Positions 27,267 to 38,044 of a stretch of 64,000 nucleotides of DNA are shown piece after piece; position 1 is the first letter of the stretch; every line of letters starts with the position of its first letter. Source of the DNA: Candidatus Multivoradales bacterium (GTDB lineage Bacteria > Acidobacteriota > Thermoanaerobaculia > Multivoradales > Multivoraceae); the NCBI GenBank assembly GCA_965223325.1, contig CBDCWI010000002.1, positions 2,112,001-2,176,000 of the forward strand, read 5' to 3'. Both the position numbers and the translations under genes were made by a program. Below the pieces are notes generated by a model. The model was not told the origin of the DNA. It made no database searches and saw only the letters and a list, made by a program, of their open reading frames with translations.

Positions 27267-29663
27267 ATGCCGCCGATTCTGGACGATCTGCGCTACTCCA
27301 TTCAGTCCCTGAGACGCTCACCTGGCTTCTTTGCCACGGTCGTCTTCACCCTCGCCCTCGGCGTGGGAGGCACGGTAGCCATCTACACTTTTGTAAGGGG
27401 TGTCCTGCTGCGACCGCTGCCGATCGAGCAGGCCGAACGGCTGGTGATGGTCTGCGAGTCCCATCCCGATCGACCCGACGGGTGCGGCGCGGCACCCGGC
27501 AACCTGTGGGACATGCAGAAGAGTAGGACTCTCTCTTCAGTAGGCCTCGGTCGCAGCTGGAACTTCGGCCTGAAGTCTGAGGACGGGCGCTCCGAGGGGG
27601 TGAGGGGTGGGGTCGCAACCGTCGGGCTTTTCGACACCTTCCTGGTGGAGCCTCTGCTTGGTCGTCTGTTCGAGCGCACGGACCACCTCTCCGGCGGAGA
27701 TCAAGTCGTTCTACTCAGCCATTCCTTGTGGAGTCGTCGCTTCGGCGGCCAAGAAGACATCGTCGGAAGCCTGATCGATCTGGATGAGGAGCCCTACCGC
27801 GTCATCGGCGTTTTGCCAGAAGGCTTCGCCGTCCCCTTCCTGGAGGAAACTGAACTCTGGATCGCGCTGTGGGCGAGTCGAGCCGATTGGCGTGACTGGC
27901 GTGGCCTCCGTCCCTACGGCCGCCTCGCCGATGGTGTGACCCTCGAACAGGCCCAGGCCGAGCTTGGAAGTCTCGCAGAGGCACTGGCCGAGCGTTACCC
28001 CGAATCGAACAGCGAGTGGGGGTTCGAGGTCAGAGATCTCCATCAGGAGATGGTGGCGTCAGTGAAAGCCCCCCTCCTTGTCTTCCTGGGCGCGGTCGGC
28101 CTAGTACTCGTCATCGCCTGCATCAACACCGCGATTCTGCTGCTGGTACGAAGTTCCGCACTGGAACGCGAGCTTGCGATGCGACTGGCCCTCGGCGCCG
28201 GTCGGGGTCGGCTTCTGGCCCTATTGCTCAACCAGAGTCTGGTGTTGGCCCTGGCCGGCGGTGCCCTGGGTGTTGGCCTTGCATCACTCACCGTTCGACT
28301 CTTCACGCGGCTAGCCCCAGTGGGGTTTCCGCGTCTCGAGAATGTAGAACTCGACGGTGCGATCATTGCGTTTGCGATCCTCCTCTCGCTCTTCGCGACG
28401 CTTCTGGCCGGACTCGCGCCAGCCTGGAAGGCCAGCCGATGCGATCCTTCGGTCCTACTTCGAGCAGCTGGTCGAACGATCTCGAGCCGGCGCACTCGGA
28501 GCACAATGGTGATCGCTGAGGTGGCGCTCGCTACCATGTTGCTTGTCGGGGCCGGGCTCCTCGCGCGCAGCTTCCTCAATCTCGTCGAATGGCAGCCCGG
28601 CTTCGAGACTGAGCGCGTGATCACGTTCAACGTCTTCCCACCACTGGGCAAGTACTCTGAGCGTGCCCAGTTGGTGGCGATCTACCAGCGGATCAACCAG
28701 GAGCTGTCGTCACTGCCTGGAGTCGTGTCTGTTGGCGAGGTGTCGGCAGGCCCGCTCTTCGGTGGCGGCGACGGCGCGAGCGGCTTCCGTATCGAAGGCC
28801 GACCCGAACCAGCGCCCGGTACAGGTCCGCTGGTTCACTGGTACGACTGCGGTCCGAACTACTTCGCCACTCTTGGAATTCCGCTCGTGCGCGGGCGAGC
28901 GTTCGGCTCAGAGGACCGAGCGGGCGCACCGCTGGTCGCGGTCGTCAACGAAACGATGGCAAATCGACACTGGCCGGAAAGTGACCCGCTGGGAGAACGG
29001 GTTTTCGTCGAGACGCACCAGGACTGGTTCGAAATCGTCGGGGTCGTCGCCGACACCGATCCCTTCGACCCTCGCACTCCAATCCAGCCCGAGATCTACT
29101 GGCCGCTCGCACAAGTCGTTCGAGGAGCCACCTATTACGCCGTGCGGGTCTCGGACGACCCTGACGGGGTGGTTCCCTCGATCGAGCAACGCCTCCTACA
29201 GATCGAACCCGATCTCTCTGTTGGCCAGCCGACGACCTTGATCGATCGGATGGACCGACAGCTGGTCCTGCCGCGTTTCCAGATGTGGCTTCTCGGCCTG
29301 TTCGCAGCCGTCGCCCTTACCGTCGCGATGGTAGGCATCTATGGCGTGACTTCCTTCGCAGTCGTCCAGCGGACTCGAGAGCTGGGGATCCGAATGGCGC
29401 TTGGTGCGCACCCCGAGCAGTTGCGCCTCGCCCTTGTACGCGGCGCCCTCTTCACGACCGCGTTGGGTGTCCTGTTGGGGCTTACCATCGGTCTCGGTCT
29501 CAGTCGCTTTCTCAGCAGCATGCTGGTCGAAGTGTCGAGGAACGACCCGACCACCCTCGCTCTGGTGGTCGCGACCCTCTTTGCTACCACCCTGGCCGCC
29601 GCCTCCATTCCAGCTCGCCGGGCAACCCGCATTGAGCCGACGGCCTGTCTTCGCGAGGAGTAA
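27267..29663 (+). CDS. ADOP-type duplicated ABC permease (no prefix domain)
   Basis: DDLRYSIQSLRRSPGF; RELAMRLALGA; RTRELGIRMALGA; PARRATRIEP. Confidence 0.95.
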   Translation: MPPILDDLRYSIQSLRRSPGFFATVVFTLALGVGGTVAIYTFVRGVLLRPLPIEQAERLVMVCESHPDRPDGCGAAPGNLWDMQKSRTLSSVGLGRSWNFGLKSEDGRSEGVRGGVATVGLFDTFLVEPLLGRLFERTDHLSGGDQVVLLSHSLWSRRFGGQEDIVGSLIDLDEEPYRVIGVLPEGFAVPFLEETELWIALWASRADWRDWRGLRPYGRLADGVTLEQAQAELGSLAEALAERYPESNSEWGFEVRDLHQEMVASVKAPLLVFLGAVGLVLVIACINTAILLLVRSSALERELAMRLALGAGRGRLLALLLNQSLVLALAGGALGVGLASLTVRLFTRLAPVGFPRLENVELDGAIIAFAILLSLFATLLAGLAPAWKASRCDPSVLLRAAGRTISSRRTRSTMVIAEVALATMLLVGAGLLARSFLNLVEWQPGFETERVITFNVFPPLGKYSERAQLVAIYQRINQELSSLPGVVSVGEVSAGPLFGGGDGASGFRIEGRPEPAPGTGPLVHWYDCGPNYFATLGIPLVRGRAFGSEDRAGAPLVAVVNETMANRHWPESDPLGERVFVETHQDWFEIVGVVADTDPFDPRTPIQPEIYWPLAQVVRGATYYAVRVSDDPDGVVPSIEQRLLQIEPDLSVGQPTTLIDRMDRQLVLPRFQMWLLGLFAAVALTVAMVGIYGVTSFAVVQRTRELGIRMALGAHPEQLRLALVRGALFTTALGVLLGLTIGLGLSRFLSSMLVEVSRNDPTTLALVVATLFATTLAAASIPARRATRIEPTACLREE

Positions 29664-29744
29664 AAAGCGCCGTCCCGGGCTTCGGGGGCGAATCAGAGGC
29701 GACGTCCAGGTTGTGGCCACAGTCAGCCAGATGAAGAGAGGGCT

Positions 29745-30005
29745 ATGAGGACTGCGCTAGTGTCGAAAAATGCGGCCCGGCCCGGCAAAGCGACACAGTA
29801 CCCCCCCCAACTCTCGCGGCGCATGCTTCTGCGCGGAGCTGCCGCCGGCGTTTCTCTCATGACCTTCGGCGGTGCTCGGAGCGCCCGACCCGACGAGCCG
29901 ATCCGGCTCGTGCTGGACGCGGATCCGGCGATGGGGACCTTCGGCGGCGATCCCGAAGACTCCTTTGCCATCATGCTGGCCCTCCATTCGGGGATGGACC
30001 TCTGA
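29745..30005 (+). pseudogene. N-terminal remnant of a Tat-exported nucleoside hydrolase-like protein
   Basis: SRRMLL Tat motif; LVLDADP...DPEDSFAIMLALHS; stops after 86 aa. Confidence 0.65.
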
Positions 30006-30021
30006 CCCGCTGGAGACGAAC

Positions 30022-30456
30022 ATGAGCAAACGGTTCCCGACACAAGAAGACATCGACGCCTTCCTCGAAGAGCCCCGGCTCGCCATGCTTCTCTATCGCG
30101 GCTCACGGCCCGCCCCCACCGGAGTGCCCGTCTGGTTCGACTGGAACGGCGAGGTCGTGCGCATGTTCAGCGGCCGGACCAGCCAGAAGGTACGGTACCT
30201 GAAAGACGATCTCAACGCGTCGGTACCCGTGACCAACCGCGTCGGCGAACCGGAAGGCTGGGTGGCCTTCGACGGTGAGATCGAAGTTGGCGACTTCACT
30301 CCCGAGGAGTGGAGGGAGCTGATCGACATGGTCGCTCCTCGCTACTGGGATCTCTCGATCTCGGACTACGCAGAGACCATCGACCAGTGGCGCTCGGCTC
30401 CCGAGATGTTCATCTCGATGCGTCTCGTGCCGACCGCGATTCGCTCCGGCGCCTGA
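30022..30456 (+). CDS. Pyridoxamine 5'-phosphate oxidase-like (split-barrel) protein
   Basis: IDAFLEEPRLAML, PTGVPVWFDW, SQKVRYL; ATG after GGAG. Confidence 0.8.
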   Translation: MSKRFPTQEDIDAFLEEPRLAMLLYRGSRPAPTGVPVWFDWNGEVVRMFSGRTSQKVRYLKDDLNASVPVTNRVGEPEGWVAFDGEIEVGDFTPEEWRELIDMVAPRYWDLSISDYAETIDQWRSAPEMFISMRLVPTAIRSGA

Positions 30457-30572
30457 GAACGAGATCCCACCCACTCCGCCAAGAAAGTTCGGTGCCGGGT
30501 ACTTCGGCAGACTCGGATATCTCGTGTCGAGCTACGTGGCAACCCAGTTACTTGAGGGAAGGACTACAGGAA

Positions 30573-30932
30573 TCACAGTCTGCCGACCTGCCCGGCACCG
30601 CCTCTTTTCCACGAGGTGCTGAGGGTGGAGGTCGGTGCCGCCACTACCATCGGGCTCGAGGTCGAACTGGACGTAGTTGTCGAATAGTTCAGGGCGAAGC
30701 GGCTCGGCGGCACCTTCTCGAGGACTGGACAGGGCCCAGCTTCTCCCTTCCCGAAGACGATCAAGATCCCTTCGTCGTTCTCCACCGTCGATTCGGCCCA
30801 GAGGTGGGCACGGCCTGCGTCGGTTGTCACGGCCTCGAATGCCCGTTCGGGGCTCGAGGCCAGGTGAAGCCGCCAGACGATAGTTTCGGTCGTGGTCTCC
30901 GTCGTGGTGTCTGGGGCGTCGGTCGAGGGCAT
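30573..30932 (-). pseudogene. SRPBCC/AHSA1-like protein, frameshifted and truncated
   Basis: IVWRLHLASSPERAFEAVTT..LWAES; continuation FDNYVQFDLEPDGSGGTDL lies in another frame near 30685. Confidence 0.7.
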
Positions 30933-30983
30933 GGCCGCAGTCTACCTTCCGCGACTCAGCGTCCTTCGTGTTCGGGTCTTGCG

Positions 30984-32141
30984 TCAGAAGCAACGCTGCG
31001 AAGCGATCGCTGCCCCTTCGACCAGCGAGGCCAGTTTCGCCCACGCCACCTCCTCGGCGACGTCACGGAAGCCGGCCGAGGTCTCGAAGCCGCAGTCCGT
31101 CCCGGCGATCACCCGCCTTGGATCACCCAGCTTCTCGGCGACGCGCTCGATTCGATCAGCGACGACCTCGGGGTGCTCGACGTAGTTCGAGGTCGTGTCG
31201 ATGACACCGGCAACGATCACCAGGTCGGCGGGCAGCGACGACGATGCGAGCAGGCGCACCTCGTGGGCATGTCTGGGATTCGCCAGCGCCAGCATCAGCG
31301 CTCCGACCGGTGCTTTCTCCAGGCTCGGCAAAATGGTTGCCAGCTCCACGTCACAGTCGTGGGGGCCGTCGTAGTTGCCCCAGCAGACGTGCATGCGCAC
31401 TCGGTCTTTCGGAACCCCCTCGAGGGAAGCGCCCAGGGTGGCAATGACCTTGTCGGCGAACGCGACGAACTCTTCGTCCGACCGTTCGCCGAAATAGGCG
31501 TGACGCTCCATCGCGAGATCGGGACAGTCGAGCTGCAGAAGGTGTCCGGCGTCGACGATCGCCTGATATTCGACTCGAAGAGCTCGTCCGAGTGCGTCGA
31601 TGTAGGCGTCGAGGTCGTCGTAGAAGACATTCTCCATCGCGGCAGCGATGATGCCGGGTGAAGGGGCGGTGACGAAGGTCTCGATGAAGCCGGGCGCCAA
31701 CTCGTCGAGAAGGCTCTGAAACTCTTTCAGCTCCCGGTCGAGCGGCTCGCGATTCGTGTACGTCACCTCTCCTCGAGCCTGCGGAGCTGCGGTAAGACTC
31801 ACGCTATCGCCATAGCCTCCGAGCTTGAGCTCGAGCCAGGACGGATATTGCACCATGTCCTGGAAAGGCGGTCGGTTGCTCGTACCCGAGTAACCGGTCA
31901 TCCGGTGTTGCACGTAGGTGAAGAAGCTCTCGCGCGCCTGTTCGCCGTTGTTGGCGATATCGATGCCGACCTCGCGTTGGCGTTCGATCACCGCGCGAGT
32001 CGAGGCGAGCGCCTCCTCGGCGAGTGCGCTCGGGTCGACCGAGTCGCCACGGCTGTGGGCTATGTGGAGACGGTCGAGCTCGCGAGAGCGCGGCAGGCTC
32101 CCGGCGTGGGTAGTGAGAAAACGCTTTTCACTGGTCTTCAT
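30984..32141 (-). CDS. Cobalamin-independent methionine synthase II-like (MetE C-terminal domain) protein
   Basis: TTHAGSLPR, LQLDCPDL, MHVCWGN (HxC), GTDCGF. Confidence 0.9.
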   Translation of the reverse strand: MKTSEKRFLTTHAGSLPRSRELDRLHIAHSRGDSVDPSALAEEALASTRAVIERQREVGIDIANNGEQARESFFTYVQHRMTGYSGTSNRPPFQDMVQYPSWLELKLGGYGDSVSLTAAPQARGEVTYTNREPLDRELKEFQSLLDELAPGFIETFVTAPSPGIIAAAMENVFYDDLDAYIDALGRALRVEYQAIVDAGHLLQLDCPDLAMERHAYFGERSDEEFVAFADKVIATLGASLEGVPKDRVRMHVCWGNYDGPHDCDVELATILPSLEKAPVGALMLALANPRHAHEVRLLASSSLPADLVIVAGVIDTTSNYVEHPEVVADRIERVAEKLGDPRRVIAGTDCGFETSAGFRDVAEEVAWAKLASLVEGAAIASQRCF

Positions 32142-32205
32142 TCCGAACCCCTTTTCGCCCAGAGTACTATCGCGCCGGTGACGCGTCGACAGGGAGGATC
32201 AGGAT

Positions 32206-33147
32206 ATGCCGAAGAAGGTCGAAGAGGTGATCGCAGAAGCTGCCGAGCAGTATCGGAACTGGGGACGCTGGGGGGACGACGACGAGCGCGGGACGCTCAA
32301 CTTCGTCACCCCGGACCGTATCGTCGCGGCAGCGCAGCTGGTAAGAAAGGGCAAGACCTTCGCTCTCGCCATTCCTTTCGACCACAACGGGCCTCAGTCG
32401 GGAAGCCATGGCCGCATCAACCCGGTCCACGCCATGACCTTAGATGGCTGCGACGAGCTCGGTCTACCCCACGGCATCGGCTTCTCGGACGACACCGTCT
32501 TCATGCCTCTGCAGTGCGCAACGCAGTGGGACGCGCTGTCGCACGCCTTCGATCGTGGCAAGACCTACAACGGGCACGAGGCCAGCGTGGTGTCGTCGCG
32601 CGGCGCAGCCAAAAACGGCATCGAGAAGGCCTCGAGCGGTTTCGTCGGTCGCGGAGTTCTGCTCGACATCGCTCGCCTGAAAGGCGACGATGCCCTCGAG
32701 CCGGGCTATGCCATCACCGAGGAGGATCTCGAAGCCTGTATCGAACAACAGGGAGCGACCTCCCGAATCGAGTCGGGCGACTTCGTGCTGGTGAGAACCG
32801 GCCAGATGGGGCAGTGCAAGAAGGACGGCTGGGGTCGCTACGCCGGCGGCGACGCTCCGGGGTTGTCGTTCCATACTGCAGACTGGCTGTTTCGCAACGA
32901 GCTCGCGGCGATTGCCACCGACACCTGGGGCTTCGAAGTCCGGCCCAACGAATTCGAGGGCAGCTTCCAGCCACTGCACCAGGTCGTTCTACCCAACATG
33001 GGGCTGCACATCGGAGAGATCTTCGACCTCGAAGCCCTGGCCGACGACTGCAGCGACGACCGCACCTACGAGTTCCTCTTCGTGGCACCGCCGCTGCCGA
33101 TCACGGGCGCGGTCGGTTCGCCGATCAACCCCTACGCCATCAAATAG
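32206..33147 (+). CDS. Cyclase-family metal-dependent hydrolase
   Basis: NWGRWGDDDERGTLN, QCATQWDALSH, GRGVLLD, GAVGSPINP. Confidence 0.9.
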   Translation: MPKKVEEVIAEAAEQYRNWGRWGDDDERGTLNFVTPDRIVAAAQLVRKGKTFALAIPFDHNGPQSGSHGRINPVHAMTLDGCDELGLPHGIGFSDDTVFMPLQCATQWDALSHAFDRGKTYNGHEASVVSSRGAAKNGIEKASSGFVGRGVLLDIARLKGDDALEPGYAITEEDLEACIEQQGATSRIESGDFVLVRTGQMGQCKKDGWGRYAGGDAPGLSFHTADWLFRNELAAIATDTWGFEVRPNEFEGSFQPLHQVVLPNMGLHIGEIFDLEALADDCSDDRTYEFLFVAPPLPITGAVGSPINPYAIK

Positions 33148-33271
33148 GGCCTCGTTGCCGATGAGATTGCACGAAGATCCCGCATCTTCTCCCGCGGCAA
33201 GACCATGAGACCGCGCGACGTCAGCGCCGTCGTCGACGAGCCCGCGTCTTGCCACTCCTGGTAGCGAAGCT

Positions 33272-33661
33272 TCAGCTGGAGACTGAGCGTTCCGCCAAGT
33301 AGACGGCAATCTCGGCCTTGCCGACGCGACCGTCTGCGACTCCCAAGACGAGCTCGGTCAGCTCGTCCGCATCTGCGATGACCTCGAGGTCGTTGAGCCA
33401 GAGAAACGCCAGGCACGAAGCCAGGGCCGCGCGCTTGTTGCCGTCGAGGAATGGGTGGTTCTTGCAGACGTGAAAGAGGTAGGCCGCCGCCATCTCGCTT
33501 ATCGACGAATGGAGGTACTCGCCTTCAAACGAGGCCTCCGGCATCGCCAGCGCGGAGGACAGTAGGCCGTGGTCTCGCACTCCTGCCTGTCCACCGTAGA
33601 GCTGGATCTGCTCGGCATGAATTGCTAACACTTCGTCGAGCGTCAGGAATGTGACGGGCAC
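33272..33661 (-). CDS. doc: Doc (death-on-curing, Fic family) toxin
   Basis: HPFLDGNKR motif; GVRDHGLLSSAL. Confidence 0.93.
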   Translation of the reverse strand: MPVTFLTLDEVLAIHAEQIQLYGGQAGVRDHGLLSSALAMPEASFEGEYLHSSISEMAAAYLFHVCKNHPFLDGNKRAALASCLAFLWLNDLEVIADADELTELVLGVADGRVGKAEIAVYLAERSVSS

Positions 33662-33889
33662 CTACTCGGCCAGCCTGCGAAAGGCGCCGGCGTACCGACG
33701 ATGGATCGCCTCCATTCCGCGTTTGAGCTTCTCGGTTCGCTCTTCTTCGCGAATCGGCGAGATGATGATCACGTCACCATCTGTCGAGATCTCGAGCGGG
33801 GTCTCGGGGCTTATCCCAGTCGCCTCGAGGATCTTCTTCTCGATCACGACCGCATGGCTGTTGCCTGTCTTCGTGAGGTGCTTGCTCAT
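33662..33889 (-). CDS. AbrB/MazE-fold antitoxin
   Basis: KHLTKTGNSHAVVIEK; adjacent upstream of doc. Confidence 0.9.
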   Translation of the reverse strand: MSKHLTKTGNSHAVVIEKKILEATGISPETPLEISTDGDVIIISPIREEERTEKLKRGMEAIHRRYAGAFRRLAE

Positions 33890-34206
33890 CGTACGTACAT
33901 AGTACCATATTCGTCAGTACGAAGTTCAGCTCACTCGGATCTCGGCATTGAAGCGAGCCGACTGAGCCCCATGCGCTACGCGTTCTGCGCCCGGCGAGAC
34001 ACCGAGCAACCGTGACCCTGAAGAGCGAAAGTGACCATCAATAAGCGTTGTAGCCGGGCGGGGCTGTTGAAACGATCGACGAGATCGCCTCTCCGCTGTG
34101 TTGCGACCGGCCACGCTCGGCATGTACTTGCCGTCGTCCCTCAGGGACGAAACAGATCACGATGGTCGCCCGGGTGGTCCGACCTTCCCTCTTCACAAGG
34201 AAGATA

Positions 34207-34222
34207 CATTATCGACATAATG
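34207..34222. promoter_or_regulatory. Palindrome CATTAT-CGAC-ATAATG, putative TetR operator
   Basis: Perfect 6-bp arms about 50 nt upstream of the tetR start. Confidence 0.6.
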
Positions 34223-34272
34223 CAACCGGTCACGGCCTAGTTCATTCGTATCAGGCGGGTAAAGGAAGGGGC

Positions 34273-34920
34273 ATGACTCCGAGAACAGCACAACCCCGTC
34301 GACGGACCCAAGAGGAGCGCCGCGAACAGACACGTCGCAAGCTGCTCGACGCAGCGGTCATCGTCCTACATGACATTGGCTATGCGCGCTTCACGTTTGC
34401 CTTGGTGGCCAAGCAGGCCAAGATGACGACCGGCGCCATCCAGCACCAGTTCGCCAACAAGAACGAGTTTCTCGAGGCAGTGGTTTTCGAACGTCTGCTT
34501 CACGTCGGGGACGGCTTTTTCGAGCCACTTCCCGACCAGTCCGGCAAGTCGGTTCGAGACCGCTGCAAGGTCATGGTGGAGCGAGCGTGGACGGTCTACG
34601 GCGCTCCGAGCTATCCGGTGGCCTGGAACATCATCCTCGGTTCCCAGCGGGATTCCGATTTGCAGGAAAGCCTGATCTCAGCGCAGCGTCAGATGCTCGA
34701 GAAGATCGGTCTACCCGAGATACGGCGAGCCTTCGCCGGGCTCGGCCTGAGTCGCGGCAAGCTGCGGGATCTCCAGATGTTCCTTCATGCCCAGCTTCGC
34801 GGCTTGGCACTACTAGGCCCGATGCGCTACCAGGAGTCGTTCTACCGGAAGCAGCTTCGGATGCTGGTGAACGTGCTCGAGACCTATGTCGAGTCGATGC
34901 TGGACTCGAGCTCCGAGTGA
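34273..34920 (+). CDS. TetR/AcrR-family regulator
   Basis: RRTQEERREQTRRKLLDAA...AKMTTGAIQHQFANK. Confidence 0.9.
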   Translation: MTPRTAQPRRRTQEERREQTRRKLLDAAVIVLHDIGYARFTFALVAKQAKMTTGAIQHQFANKNEFLEAVVFERLLHVGDGFFEPLPDQSGKSVRDRCKVMVERAWTVYGAPSYPVAWNIILGSQRDSDLQESLISAQRQMLEKIGLPEIRRAFAGLGLSRGKLRDLQMFLHAQLRGLALLGPMRYQESFYRKQLRMLVNVLETYVESMLDSSSE

Positions 34921-34981
34921 GTGAGGGATTCCCGGCGCTGCCGAGTTGGCTGCGGGCCTGCTCACCACTCACGGTCACCGA

Positions 34982-35502
34982 CTACCAGACGTGCTCATCC
35001 AACGCTTCGCGGATCACCTGGACCGTCACCTCGACCGGCAGGTCCATGTGATCGCGCCCGGGCACCTCGGTGACCACCCAGCCCAGCCGCTCGAGATCGG
35101 CACGGCGCTGGCGTGTGAGCTCGGCGATCGCAACCGGCACGCCAATCGCCGGAGCGCCGGTGTCTTACGAGCCAAAAAAGGCAAGCCGAGGTCCCTTGAT
35201 GGCGGTCACCGCGGCTTCTTCGTCCCAGGAGCCCACGATCGAGTTGTAGTAGTTGGCGATGATCTGCATGAAAGGCCTTTGAGGCGAGTCCTCCTCGAGC
35301 TGCGCGACAACCCCCGTCACGAGCTCGAGCAACTCTGCGTAGGGTCCTGAAAGGGGCGGCCAGCCACCAAGAGCAAGACCCGCACACCGCTCAGTGCGAC
35401 TGGCGACCTGGAGGGCAGCGTTGGCGCTCCAGGAGTAGCCCACGGCGACGAAGCGATCAACTCCTGCCGCATCGGCGATCGTGAGGTAGTCGGAGGCGAA
35501 CC
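34982..35502 (-). pseudogene. Alpha/beta hydrolase remnant lacking its 5' end, frameshifted
   Basis: DAAGVDRFVAVGYSWSA (GxSxS) and, in another frame, EVPGRDHMDL; frameshift near 35165. Confidence 0.75.
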
Positions 35503-35504
35503 TG

Positions 35505-36332
35505 TTCTCAATCGGCGAGGGGCACTTTGCCGCACTCGGTACCGAGATCCTGGCAGGCAGGGACTTCGACTCGAAGGACACTCCGATGTCGCAGCCGGTT
35601 GCCATGGTCAGCCAGGCCTTTGTCGATCGCTTTCTGAAGCAGCAAGACGCCATCGGAACGATCCTCCGTATGGCTCAAGCCGACGAGAGTGCCGCGCTAG
35701 TGATCGTTGGTGTGGTGGGCGACATCCGCCGGCCGGGCCTCGAACCGGACCCGGTACCGATGCTCTACCTGCCGTTGGCGCAGGCGCCTCGCGAAACCAT
35801 TACCTTTGCCGTGCGCGGCATTGGCAGCGAAGCCGAGCTCCTTGCCGACGCGGAAGTGGCGATCAAGGCCGTATCTCGGGAGTCTCCGGTGTACAACACC
35901 GACACGCTGGCTGGCTCCCTGGCGTCGTTGACCAACGCCCAGACTCTGCTCGGTCGCCTGTTCGCCGGCTTCGGCATGACGGCCATCCTGCTCGCCTGCC
36001 TGGGAACGTTCGCGCTGCTGAATCAAAGTGTCCAAGACCGGTTGCGCGAGATCGGAATCCGGGCTGCCTTTGGCGCGCGACCGCGAGACATCACAGCGTT
36101 GATCCGGCGCGATGCGACGAAGCTGGCCGTTATCGGCTTGGCGGTTGGCTGCCTGCTCGCGGCCGCTCTGAGTCGAGGTTTGCAGTCCCAGCTCTACGAG
36201 GTCGGCACTCTCGATCCTGTGACCTACCTCGGGGTGGCGACCGTCCTTCTGCTCGCGGTACTCCTCGCGTCCATCGTGCCGTCCTGGCGCGCTGCTCGGG
36301 TAGATCCGGCAACGACACTGCGCGGACAGTGA
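35505..36332 (+). pseudogene. C-terminal third of an ADOP permease
   Basis: HFAALGTEILAGRDF...REIGIRAAFGA...RAARVDPATTLR; no N-terminal half. Confidence 0.85.
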
Positions 36333-36552
36333 CGAGAAGGCAGCGCCCGGCTGACGCTTGTTGGCCGCCTGCTTCCTCACTCGCTCCGCAAAAGCCTCCG
36401 GGCGAGCCCACGTAGGGCCTCTTTGTCGGCGTCGCTGTCGGCCTCTGAGGTCATCTTGGCAGGTCCTTGACAATTGGTCACTAGGGTCTCTGCCGAGTGT
36501 TCAGCCGCGCGGCTGTCCGGACCCCAAAGCACCATTCGTCTCGGAGATTTCG

Positions 36553-37998
36553 ATGGCCTCCACAATCCTCACACCGCAACGGAAACCACCCAAGCTGCAA
36601 CGATCGTTGGCTACCGCAGCTATCCTTACACTCGCACTCCTGCTCGCCGTCGCCACCAGCTCCTTCGCGCAATCGTCCTCGAAGGTATCTGGCCCGTACC
36701 CCGACGCCTACATGGAATGGGGACTTCCCGGATCACCCACCGGCCAACGGCTCGGCTCGCTTCTCAACCTGCTGCGAGAGAAGGACACGGAGGCTGCGCG
36801 ACAGTACGTCAGCGAGGTCCTGGACGACGGGTTTCGCGAAAGCAGTGGAGCCGATTCGCTGGTCGCATTCCTGGAATCGATGTTCGAAACGATAGATGGT
36901 TTCACCCTGGACGACATCGATCGACAGCCGGGAGGTGATGCCCATGCCGTCCTCGGAACGCCAGATGGAAAGGCAACCCTCCTCGTCATCGCCGTCGCCG
37001 AAGCGGCTCCGCACCTCGTCCAGGGTCTCACCTTTCGGCCTTACGACCAGCAGGTCGATGCCGTTCCACCAATCGAGTCGATCGAGGCCGCCGACCGCTA
37101 CCTTCAAGAACTGGCAGACGCTGACAAGTACGGCGGCGTTCTTGCCATCATGGTGCACGACGAAGTGGTCTTCACCAAAGGTTACGGTCTTGCGCGTCTC
37201 GAGACTGAAGACGAGCCGGCGGTCGGAGCCGACCCAACCATTCTCTTCAACGTCGGTTCCATCACCAAGGATTTCACCCGCGTCGCGGTTTTGAAGCTGG
37301 TTTCCCAGGGCAAACTCCGGCTCGACGACACCGTCGGCCAACACCTCAACGGCTTCAAACCGGAGGTCGCCGACCACGTCACCGTGAAGCATCTGCTCGA
37401 CTTCACGTCTGGTTTGGGCGACTACCATCAGCATCCGGACTTCAGGGTCTCCCTTGCCGAGCCGACCAGACTCGAGCGAGTGATCGACATGATCCGAGAC
37501 AGCGACCTCGCCTTCGAGCCAGGTACCCGAGAGATGTACTCGAACTCGGGCTACGCGGTCCTGGGAGCCATCGTCCAAGCAGCCAGCGGTGTGGACTACT
37601 ATCGGTATGTCGAGAGTGAAGTCTTTGCTCCAGCCCAGATGCGCAACTCGAGGTTCTTGGAGCGCGACGATCCGCGCGTGGCCATCGGCTACACGCGGAT
37701 GGGGAGTGGCGAACTGGAATCCAACCGAGCTTACCTACCCCTCAAAGGCACTCCCGCCGGGTCGTCCTACTCCACTGTCGGGGACCTGCTTCGATTCCAG
37801 CAGGCGCTCCACAGCGACCTGTTTGGCATTGGAGGTGACAAAGAGCGCTTCGGTTGCTTCGCGGGTGGAGGGCCCGGGGTTAATGCCGTGCGCTGTGCGC
37901 ATGAAAGTGGTTTGACCCTGGCCATGGTGTCGAACGTCGACGAAGGCATCGCTGAGAAAGTCGGCGTTCAGCTTTTCCGCACCCTACGCGACCAATGA
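36553..37998 (+). CDS. Secreted beta-lactamase-family serine hydrolase
   Basis: Signal peptide, SITK (SxxK), YSN, AGGGPG. Confidence 0.9.
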   Translation: MASTILTPQRKPPKLQRSLATAAILTLALLLAVATSSFAQSSSKVSGPYPDAYMEWGLPGSPTGQRLGSLLNLLREKDTEAARQYVSEVLDDGFRESSGADSLVAFLESMFETIDGFTLDDIDRQPGGDAHAVLGTPDGKATLLVIAVAEAAPHLVQGLTFRPYDQQVDAVPPIESIEAADRYLQELADADKYGGVLAIMVHDEVVFTKGYGLARLETEDEPAVGADPTILFNVGSITKDFTRVAVLKLVSQGKLRLDDTVGQHLNGFKPEVADHVTVKHLLDFTSGLGDYHQHPDFRVSLAEPTRLERVIDMIRDSDLAFEPGTREMYSNSGYAVLGAIVQAASGVDYYRYVESEVFAPAQMRNSRFLERDDPRVAIGYTRMGSGELESNRAYLPLKGTPAGSSYSTVGDLLRFQQALHSDLFGIGGDKERFGCFAGGGPGVNAVRCAHESGLTLAMVSNVDEGIAEKVGVQLFRTLRDQ

Positions 37999-38044
37999 TC
38001 GTTCCTGGTTGACAGGCGCCCGGGCGATCGACAACGAGGCGAGG

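Noticed and set aside
30003-30005. Second possible read-through TGA after the nucleoside hydrolase fragment
   Set aside because: No continuing homology or SECIS-like hairpin; a different gene starts at 30022
30309-33164. Long alternative ORFs (450 aa and 438 aa) and similar Arg-rich ORFs across the window
   Set aside because: Shadow frames of real genes in GC-rich DNA with no recognisable motifs
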